Shown piece by piece: positions 16,564 through 24,233 of a DNA stretch of 35,921 nucleotides. The stretch's first letter is position 1. Every line of letters begins with the position of its first letter. Source of the stretch: Deltaproteobacteria bacterium (lineage in GTDB: Bacteria > Myxococcota > JACRCW01); the NCBI GenBank assembly GCA_016218805.1, contig JACRCW010000170.1:1-35921 (forward strand). Reading direction: 5' to 3'. The position numbers and the translations under genes are program-made. The notes beneath the pieces were generated by a model that was not told the origin of the DNA, made no database searches, and saw nothing but the letters and a program-made list of their open reading frames with translations.

Positions 16564-19500
16564 ATGGTCTTTGATGCGCGTGCACGCGGAGCCCTGTGGG
16601 TGGCCGTGGGGCTTTTGGCAGCTGGCTGCGGATTCAACGTGGGAGACATTGACCGGACGCAACCGGACAAGGTCAAGAAGACCGTCTTCCAGGATGGCGA
16701 GCCCTGGTACTTCCGCCAGACCGTGATTGACCTGCCAGCCACGAGCGACGTGTCGTTCATTGGCGAGCAGGGCGACACCACCAAGGTGGTGTGGAGGATT
16801 GACGAGGGATTCCTCTACGCGTACCGCGCGTACGAGCAGCTCAAGGGCGGCGAGGAATGGCAGCAGCGCCCGGGCGTGCCGTGGGAAGGGACCCCGGTGG
16901 CGGCATTTGCCATCAGCAGCCACTTTGACGTGCAGCGGGAATACAACCCGCAGACCGGTGAGCAGACCAACGTCATCAGCGAGAACACGACGGACCGGCC
17001 CTGGTACGAGCGCGAGTACATGCGCGTGGACTGGAGCACCAACCTGGTCACGGACTTCCGGTTTGTGGGCGCGTCGGTGAACCAGCAGCCGGTGGGCCGC
17101 TACGTCCGCGAGGGCGAGGCGTCCAAGGACGCGGCAAAGATCACCGACGGGTACGTGGACATTGTGCACGAGATGATCACGCAGCCCGAGGTGAACGAGC
17201 AGTACACCGCGTGGTTTGGGTTTCCCATCCTGGACTGCTGGCTGTACCAGAACATCTACACGGAGTGCCTTGGCAGCCGCGTCAAGGTGCGCAGCAGCTT
17301 CCTGAAGGTGGACAAGGACCACGCGTATGAGCCGCTGACGTTTGATGACCACAAGTTTGCCAAGTTTGGCTACTTCCGCGTGGACCGCTACGGCTATGAC
17401 CGGCGGTACGGCGTGGTGGACACCGCGGTGGACTACCTCATTGAGCGCTTCAACCTGTGGCGCCAGCGCCCGGGCGAGGCGTCCTGCAGGGATGATTCGC
17501 TGGTGCACCCCTGGCAGAACTGCACCAATGACCGCATCCAGCCGGTGGTGTACTACGCCAATGAGGACATGCCCGCCTATCTGGCCAATGGCAACAAGCG
17601 CATTGGGGATGAGTGGAACCGCGTCATGAAGGAGGCGGTGTCCGAGATGACCGGCCGCCCGGTGGCGGACCTGCCGGATGTGTGGGTGTGGTGCCCGCAC
17701 AACCCGGTGCAGGACGGTGACCCGGTGGCCTGCGGCGCGCCCGGCCTCAACCCCCAGATTGGGGACCTGCGCTACAACTTCATCTATTACATCCGCGGCA
17801 TGCAGAAGAGCTCGCCGCTGGGCTACGGGCCGCACGCCCCGGACCCGGAGACCGGTGAGGTCATCAGCGCCAACGCGTTCATCTACGGCGGCGCCGAGGA
17901 GACGTACGCGCAGTACGTGTTGGACTTCATCAAGCTGCAGAACGGGGACCTGTCCGTCAACGACCTGTACAACGGCCAGAACATTGTCCAGCACTACCAG
18001 CGCATGACGGAGCAGCGCGCGCTCAATGACCGCGCGCGCCCCGTGGAGGATTGGGTGGCGACGGCGTCCCGCTTGGGCATCAAGGAGAAGGCGGCCACCA
18101 TCCGCGAGCAGCTCAACCGCAACCAGCTCAAGACGGACCTCATCCCGGGCCGCCTGCAGAAGGTGAAGGGCACGGAGCTGGAGAGCGTGTTCTTCAACGA
18201 GGACATGCGCCGCGCGCTGCTGCCGCAGTTTGAAAGCGCGGCGGACGTGCCGCCGCAGTTCCGTCCCATGATGTCTCCCACGGTGTTTGCGGACCCGGCG
18301 TTCAGCCAGATGAACCGCGACCGCCTGTACCGCCTGTCCCGCGCGGGCGTGGAGATGACGGAGTTCTTTGAGGATGACGGCACGCAGGGCCTGGCGCGCC
18401 GGTTGAACTGCGCGCTGCCCGTCCCGGAGGACGGGTCCGCGGACCCGGTGCTGCGCCACCTGTGCAACGGGGAGCAGCTGAACGAGGAACTGGCCTACAA
18501 CTACCTGCTGGAGGAGATCCACGTTGGTGTGACGCTGCACGAGGTTGGGCACAACATGGGCCTGCGGCACAACTTTGCGGGCTCCACGGACGCCATCAAC
18601 TTCTTCCCGCGGTATTGGGAGCTGCGCTCCTCGGTGCGGGCGCAGGGTCAGCAGGAGCTGCATCCGGAGTTTGCGCTGTCCAGCGCAACGGAGAAGCAGA
18701 AGCAGCAGGCGGCCCTGGACCAGGGCATGCGCGAGTACCAGTACTCATCCATCATGGACTACGGCTCCAAGGCCAACAGCGACTTCCAGGGGCTGGGCAA
18801 ATATGACCGCGCGGCCATCCTGTACGGCTACGGCCAGATGGTGGAGGTGTTTGATCCGGCGGTGGCCAAGGTGACCAAGGAGCGCGCGCAGCTGCTGCAG
18901 CCCATTGCGCGTCATTACCTGCAGTACCCCAACATCATTGCCAATGATGACAGCCTCAACCTGCTGGCCAAGATCAACACCATGTACGCCCGCAAGGTGA
19001 TGCCCGAGTCCATGGTGCAGGCCAGCTCCACCCTGGTGGAGGTGCCGTACCGCTTCTGCTCGGACGAGTACGTGGATGGCGTGTACTACTGCTACCGGTT
19101 TGACCAGGGCGCGGATGCGTACGAGCAGGTCAAGAACAACGCGGCCATGTATGAGAACTACTACGTGTTCAACGGCATGCGTCGCAACCGCGTCGGGTTT
19201 GGCATGAACGTGATGGGCTACCTCAGCCGCATCTACGACCGGTACTTCAGCTTCCTGTCCGCGCAGAACAAGCACTTCCTCAATGACAACCTGGTCAACC
19301 GCTTCTGGGATGCGGGCTGCACCGAGCAGGGCGGCGTGCACTTTGCGGACTCCACCTGCGGGTTGGACCGCTTTGCCGCGGCCATTGAGTCCGCCAACGC
19401 ATTGGGTCGCGCCATCCAGACGCCGGAACCCGGCTGCTACGTGCGGCGCAAGCCCGGCTGCTACCAGGACAGCTCCGAGGACTACCTGGGTCTGCCGGCG

Positions 19501-20493
19501 TCCATCCAGAAGATGGATGACGCCGCGTGCGCGGCGGGTGGTGATGGGCTCACGCTGGTCAAGGCGGACGACCCCTACACGCTCATTGAGAACAGCTTTG
19601 ACTGCTCCGCGTGGCGTCCGCTGCTGACGGCGGGTGGCAATGACATCTGGGAGCCGTCCGTGGAGCTGCCGCTGGGCGTGGGCCGCTTCCACCTGGACAA
19701 ATACAACCGTGATGCGTACGGCTACAGCTTCTACTGGAAGCCGGTCACCATTGGGTCCTGGTGGGACACCTGGCTGGCCATGGAAGCGCTGGGTGACCCG
19801 TACACGGACTTCATTGGCGTGGACAGCCGCGGGGACGCGCGCAGCTACCTCATCAGCTACCTGAACCTGTACCGCAATGACATTTCAACGGCGGTGGGTG
19901 GGTTCATCACCGAGCAGTACAACGCGTTCAGCCCGTACGTGGTGATGCAGAACAACCAGCCGCAGGTCCGCTTCCGTGACATGATCATCAACCAGGGCGA
20001 CGCGCTGTCCCAGTTCCCGGCCCCGCGCGTGCCGGCGGGGGCCATTGGCCTGAACCCCGACGTGCCCTACACCACGCAGCTGCAGGCGCTGTTCATCTCC
20101 ATCATGTACTACTCGCAGCTGACCGACGATCAGGACTTCAATCAGTCCATGATGATTGGCAAGGCGGGGACCACGGTGGACATCACGGTGCCGCCGGAGA
20201 TCAAGAACGACCCCAACCGCTACGTGGAAATCACGGACCCGACCAATGGCGCGATCTACTTCGCCGTGAAGATGGTGCCGGACAAGGCGTGGTTCCTGGA
20301 CGAGAACCCGTACTTCTCAGCCGGGTACGAGTGGGTGAAGCGCACGCGTGACATGTACATGACGCCGGACGGCAAGGCGATGAAGCCCGGCGCCAGCATC
20401 ACCGCGCTGCGGAACGACATCCGGATGTGGGACATCGCCCGGGCGATGCTGCACCTGTACAACTACGGCGACGGGTACGGCTTCGCCTACTGA
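16564..20493 (+). CDS. Large lipoprotein zinc metalloprotease (metzincin-type)
   Basis: Lipobox LAAGC, HEVGHNMGLRHNF (HExxHxxGxxH), Met-turn SSIMDY, GDLRYN and SPLGYGP..PDPETGE motifs. RBS GGAGAGG. Confidence 0.9.
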   Translation: MVFDARARGALWVAVGLLAAGCGFNVGDIDRTQPDKVKKTVFQDGEPWYFRQTVIDLPATSDVSFIGEQGDTTKVVWRIDEGFLYAYRAYEQLKGGEEWQQRPGVPWEGTPVAAFAISSHFDVQREYNPQTGEQTNVISENTTDRPWYEREYMRVDWSTNLVTDFRFVGASVNQQPVGRYVREGEASKDAAKITDGYVDIVHEMITQPEVNEQYTAWFGFPILDCWLYQNIYTECLGSRVKVRSSFLKVDKDHAYEPLTFDDHKFAKFGYFRVDRYGYDRRYGVVDTAVDYLIERFNLWRQRPGEASCRDDSLVHPWQNCTNDRIQPVVYYANEDMPAYLANGNKRIGDEWNRVMKEAVSEMTGRPVADLPDVWVWCPHNPVQDGDPVACGAPGLNPQIGDLRYNFIYYIRGMQKSSPLGYGPHAPDPETGEVISANAFIYGGAEETYAQYVLDFIKLQNGDLSVNDLYNGQNIVQHYQRMTEQRALNDRARPVEDWVATASRLGIKEKAATIREQLNRNQLKTDLIPGRLQKVKGTELESVFFNEDMRRALLPQFESAADVPPQFRPMMSPTVFADPAFSQMNRDRLYRLSRAGVEMTEFFEDDGTQGLARRLNCALPVPEDGSADPVLRHLCNGEQLNEELAYNYLLEEIHVGVTLHEVGHNMGLRHNFAGSTDAINFFPRYWELRSSVRAQGQQELHPEFALSSATEKQKQQAALDQGMREYQYSSIMDYGSKANSDFQGLGKYDRAAILYGYGQMVEVFDPAVAKVTKERAQLLQPIARHYLQYPNIIANDDSLNLLAKINTMYARKVMPESMVQASSTLVEVPYRFCSDEYVDGVYYCYRFDQGADAYEQVKNNAAMYENYYVFNGMRRNRVGFGMNVMGYLSRIYDRYFSFLSAQNKHFLNDNLVNRFWDAGCTEQGGVHFADSTCGLDRFAAAIESANALGRAIQTPEPGCYVRRKPGCYQDSSEDYLGLPASIQKMDDAACAAGGDGLTLVKADDPYTLIENSFDCSAWRPLLTAGGNDIWEPSVELPLGVGRFHLDKYNRDAYGYSFYWKPVTIGSWWDTWLAMEALGDPYTDFIGVDSRGDARSYLISYLNLYRNDISTAVGGFITEQYNAFSPYVVMQNNQPQVRFRDMIINQGDALSQFPAPRVPAGAIGLNPDVPYTTQLQALFISIMYYSQLTDDQDFNQSMMIGKAGTTVDITVPPEIKNDPNRYVEITDPTNGAIYFAVKMVPDKAWFLDENPYFSAGYEWVKRTRDMYMTPDGKAMKPGASITALRNDIRMWDIARAMLHLYNYGDGYGFAY

Positions 20494-20512
20494 GCCCGGC
20501 TGACGCTGGGCG

Positions 20513-20553
20513 ACCGCCGCCTTTCCCGCGAGGGGGAGGCGGCGGTTTGCTTT
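20513..20553 (+). terminator. Rho-independent terminator
   Basis: ACCGCCGCCTTTCCC-GCGA-GGGGGAGGCGGCGGT followed by TTGCTTT. Confidence 0.8.
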
Positions 20554-20563
20554 GGTGGGGCTC

Positions 20564-21994
20564 TCACTGCGGTCCGCGGTAGAGGTACAGCGTGATGGAC
20601 GCGCCGGCCGGGTCAATGCGGTGGTTGCGCTGGAAGGTGGCCACGGGGATGAACTTGTGGCGGCGCTGGCTCTTGCCGGGCACGCGGCTCTCAAACAGGA
20701 CCATGCCGGGGGCGGCGCCGCGCTCCGCGCGCGCCACCTCATCCAGGTGGTCCACCAGCACGGAGGTTACGGCGGGAGCGCGCAGCGCCACCGTGCGCGT
20801 GGTGGTGAAGCCGTAGAAGCGCGGGGGCGGGTCCAGGGTGGCCAGCATCCGCGCCAGCTCCACGGCGGGTGCGGCGGCGGACGCTTGTTCGGCGGCCAGC
20901 GGCACCGTGCCCAGCCCCAGCGCGACCGCCAGCGCGGGCGCGAGCCAGCGCCAGCGCGCGGCGCCCACCGCCAGCAGCGGCACCAGCGGGACCAGCAGCT
21001 GCACGGCGTGGCGCGGGTTCTCCGGGTTGGCGCCCACCAGCAGGTAGAGCGCCGCGGCGCCGGCAGCGCCCACCAGGGGCGCGCGGTGCGGCACGGGCGG
21101 CAATGCGGTCACCGCGGCCAGCACGAGCAACCCGCCGGCCACCGCGGCGGCGGGCGCCACCCCATCCGCTGCGTGCCACGGGAGGCCCAGCCCCCAGGCC
21201 AGCACGCACCAGCCCAGGCGGTCCACGCGTGAGGCGCCCAGTCCGTCGGTGAGCGCGGTGCCGCCCCAGGACGTGAAGTGTCCAACAAGGACCTTGCGCG
21301 CCGCTTCCGCGAGCTCCGCCGGGCCGGTGAGCAGGACCAGGGCCCCCAGCCACCCCACGCAGGCCAGCAGCGCGCCGCCGAAGATGGCGGCGGCCTCACG
21401 GCGGCGGGCGACGAGGAAGGGGGCCGCCAGGCCGGCGGGTGCGGCCACCCAGGCGGGGCGGACGCCCCACAGCGCGCCCAACAGCAGTCCCAGCGCAAAC
21501 GTCCGCCACAGCGGGTGCGGCGGCGCCGGCGTGCGCCACGCGTCCACGGCGAGCAGAAGCGCGGCGGAGAGGAGGGCGGCGCCCAGGCCTTCGGTGAGGG
21601 GGCGTGAGCCGGCAAGCTGCAGGCCGGGGAGGACCAGGGCCAGCAGCGCCGCGCCCACGGCGGCGCGCGGGGAGTGCAGGCGGGCCGCGGTGGCCGCCGC
21701 GCACAGCACCAGCCCGGCCGCGCCCAGGATGCCGGGCCAGCACAGCGCGTCCACGGGCGAGGCGCCCAGCGCGCGGAAGGCGCGGGCTGCCAGCAGGTAG
21801 AGCGGGTAGCCGGGGAAGTGCGGGGTCCGCGCGGCCAGATCGTAGTGGTCCACCGCGAGCAGGAAGCCGACCGAGTCAAACCCCTCCACGTCCGGGGCGC
21901 GGCCGGCCCAGCGCAGCACCACAGCGGACAGCGCGCACAGCGCGATGGCTACCGCGGCATGGGTGCGGGAGGACGGAGCAGGCGCGGCCGTCAC
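20564..21994 (-). CDS. Multi-pass GT-C-fold (DUF2723/PMT-like) membrane protein
   Basis: First loop DSVGF...YD...PHFPGYPLY, many TM segments, GVRP and NPRH motifs. GTGA-coupled to the upstream gene. Confidence 0.6.
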   Translation of the reverse strand: MTAAPAPSSRTHAAVAIALCALSAVVLRWAGRAPDVEGFDSVGFLLAVDHYDLAARTPHFPGYPLYLLAARAFRALGASPVDALCWPGILGAAGLVLCAAATAARLHSPRAAVGAALLALVLPGLQLAGSRPLTEGLGAALLSAALLLAVDAWRTPAPPHPLWRTFALGLLLGALWGVRPAWVAAPAGLAAPFLVARRREAAAIFGGALLACVGWLGALVLLTGPAELAEAARKVLVGHFTSWGGTALTDGLGASRVDRLGWCVLAWGLGLPWHAADGVAPAAAVAGGLLVLAAVTALPPVPHRAPLVGAAGAAALYLLVGANPENPRHAVQLLVPLVPLLAVGAARWRWLAPALAVALGLGTVPLAAEQASAAAPAVELARMLATLDPPPRFYGFTTTRTVALRAPAVTSVLVDHLDEVARAERGAAPGMVLFESRVPGKSQRRHKFIPVATFQRNHRIDPAGASITLYLYRGPQ

Positions 21995-22755
21995 GGCGCG
22001 ATGTAGCCCTGCCCGCCGCCCGCGGTGGCGCCACCCGACGGCGTCCCCGGCGCGCCGCCGCCCGCTGACGGGGGCGTGGCAAGGTCCTCCAGCGTGAAGT
22101 GCGTGGTGAGCGTGGTGGCCACCTCGCCCAGCAGGGTGCCGGTTTCACCGCCCAGGATGTCCGCTTCACGCACCAGGCCGGGCGAAGACGCCTCCGTGTC
22201 CGGGTCTCCCGCCCACGCCGGCCGCCGGATGGCGACGCGCACGTCATAGCCGGCGCCGGACAGGCCCAGGTCCTCACGGATGCGCAGGTTGCGCGCGTAG
22301 CGCATGCCGTCTGCGATGCCCACGACGGGACTGAGCGGCACGCGGAGGGCGCCGTGCTGGTCCAGGCCGGTCACCACCGCGTCGACCCGCAGCCAGGCGG
22401 CGAACTCGCCGGGAACGCGGGCCCCCACGACGGCGGAGGTGGAGCGGAGGTCCAGCGCGAGGAACAGGTCCGCGGCGGGGGGCAGGAAGAAGCCGCCGGG
22501 GAGGGTGGCCGGGGCGTCCACGCCGTGGGCGGGCTCCAACACCAGGCGCGCCGTGACGGAACCACCGGCGATGGGCCGCTCCACGAGGACCAACGGTGCG
22601 GCGACCACAAGTGTGGCCGGTGCGCCCGCGTCCCGGCCCGCATCCGGCACGGAGGCATCGCAGTCGTCCTGGCAGGCGAACTCGTCATCGCAGCCGGCGG
22701 CCGCGAGGGTGGCGCCGAGCAGCGCGGCGGTGGCCCACAGGTGGCGGCCGATCAT
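21991..22755 (-). CDS. Lipoprotein with degenerate P19/Tp34-like (Iron_transport) domain
   Basis: Lipobox AAAGC. ADLFLALDL...GEFAAWLRV...LSPVVGIADGMRYARNLRI...GYDVRVAIRRP mirrors the P19 pattern. ATGA overlap places the start at 22755. Confidence 0.6.
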   Translation of the reverse strand: MIGRHLWATAALLGATLAAAGCDDEFACQDDCDASVPDAGRDAGAPATLVVAAPLVLVERPIAGGSVTARLVLEPAHGVDAPATLPGGFFLPPAADLFLALDLRSTSAVVGARVPGEFAAWLRVDAVVTGLDQHGALRVPLSPVVGIADGMRYARNLRIREDLGLSGAGYDVRVAIRRPAWAGDPDTEASSPGLVREADILGGETGTLLGEVATTLTTHFTLEDLATPPSAGGGAPGTPSGGATAGGGQGYIAP

Positions 22756-24221
22756 GGGGTCACCCCGGCGAGGACCGTGGGGTCGCACGTGTCGTCTTGG
22801 GACAGCCAGGTGGGCACCAGGCCGGCGCGCTGCTGGGCCAGCACGCGCGCGGCGGCCGTGGGCGTGAAGGCGGCGCGGTCACGCGCGGCGAGCACCCCGT
22901 CCACCGTGTCCGCGGGCGCGCCCACGACGTGGGCCAGGGCGCGCGCGTGGATGCGGGCCCGGACGCGGTCCGCCTGGAACGCGGCATCCGCGCCGGCCCC
23001 CAGGGCGTCCCAACTGGCCGCGCAGGTGGCATAGGCGGCGGCCTTGTACAGGAGCGCCTCAGCCGCGTGCCGCGCGGCGCCCAGGGCGGGCGCGACCCCG
23101 TCCAGAATGGCGTTGGCGCCGTCCAGGAAAGCGCGCTCCAGCGGCGCCAGCAGTGCGCAGGTGGGCAGCGGCGGCGCGCCGGGCGGGCCGGCCAGGCAGG
23201 CCTGCTCCATGGCCCCATGGAAGGGGGCCAGCGCGGCGTGGTGCAGCACGTAGGCCCGGTCCCACGCGGCGGATGCGTCGTCGGGCGCGGTGGCCAGCGC
23301 CGCCTGGGCCGCGTCCAGTTCGCGGAGGGCGCCGGCCAGGAACGCGCGCAGCAGCGATCCCTCCAGCAGGCGCAGGCATTCGCCGCGCTGCGCGCCGCAG
23401 TCACCGCGGTGCACCTGGCCGGCCAGCGCGGCGACGATCCCCGCGTCCACGTCCGTCCACGGGCCGGCGGGTTCCGAGGCGCGCACCCAGGGACGCAGGT
23501 TGGCGCGGTATTCGTCCCGCGCGGCGGCGGCCTGGTCCGCGAGGAACAGCCCGGAAACGCGGTCCGCGGACGCAGCCAGCGCCAGTGCTTCCGGCGCGGG
23601 CCGGCGCGGCAGGTGTTGCAGTGGCCCCAGGCGCATCCGCACGTCAACCAGGAGGACGGGCGCGGCCGCGCGCCACACCGGGGAGGCCGGGAGCGCATCT
23701 GCCAGCAGGGGCAACTCCGGGGCGGGCGTCGCCGTGAGCAGCAGCCGGTACTCGTAGCCCGCCGGGTCCCCGGATGACGCGACCGGCGGCAGGCGCACGT
23801 GGCTGGCGTAGGTGTTTCCCGCGCGCGTTCCAACGTGGGGCCGCAGGTCGAATTCGACGACGCCATCCGGGCCGGGGTGCTGCAGGTTCTCAATGCGCGC
23901 GTGCACGCGCTGGTAGGGGACGGGCGCGCCGGCCGGTCCCAGGCCGTGGAGGCCCGGGGCTGCGGTTTCCAACAACACCCGCAGCTTGGCGTCCGCCTCC
24001 GCCTCACCGACGACGCCGTTGACGACGACCGGGTGGTCCGCGGCGACGTCCGTGACGGTCACGACGGTGCGCAGCGTGCCGCCGGGGGCCAGGACCTGCG
24101 CCACGGTGACGGGAGCGGGCAGCGCGGTGGCGCGTGGTGACCGGGGCGCGGCGTGGGCGCCCGGGCCCAGCAGCACGGTGATGACGACGGCGATGGGACG
24201 GCGGCAAAGGCGGGTGTGCAT
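22752..24221 (-). CDS. Secreted protein with P19-like N-terminal domain and helical FEA1/imelysin-like C-terminal domain
   Basis: Signal peptide, GAPVPYQRV...FDLRPHVG..AGNTYASHVRL...YEY, and a helical C-terminal half containing AWDRAYVLH. Confidence 0.5.
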   Translation of the reverse strand: MHTRLCRRPIAVVITVLLGPGAHAAPRSPRATALPAPVTVAQVLAPGGTLRTVVTVTDVAADHPVVVNGVVGEAEADAKLRVLLETAAPGLHGLGPAGAPVPYQRVHARIENLQHPGPDGVVEFDLRPHVGTRAGNTYASHVRLPPVASSGDPAGYEYRLLLTATPAPELPLLADALPASPVWRAAAPVLLVDVRMRLGPLQHLPRRPAPEALALAASADRVSGLFLADQAAAARDEYRANLRPWVRASEPAGPWTDVDAGIVAALAGQVHRGDCGAQRGECLRLLEGSLLRAFLAGALRELDAAQAALATAPDDASAAWDRAYVLHHAALAPFHGAMEQACLAGPPGAPPLPTCALLAPLERAFLDGANAILDGVAPALGAARHAAEALLYKAAAYATCAASWDALGAGADAAFQADRVRARIHARALAHVVGAPADTVDGVLAARDRAAFTPTAAARVLAQQRAGLVPTWLSQDDTCDPTVLAGVTP

Positions 24222-24233
24222 GGTGTGCGGCCT

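Noticed and set aside
16258..18663. 801-aa minus-strand ORF and similar long shadow ORFs (1083..2519, 6548..7678, 25029..27047, 28556..30667, 32946..34403)
   Set aside because: They are antisense or alternate-frame shadows of well-supported genes, expected in high-GC DNA, and carry no motifs.
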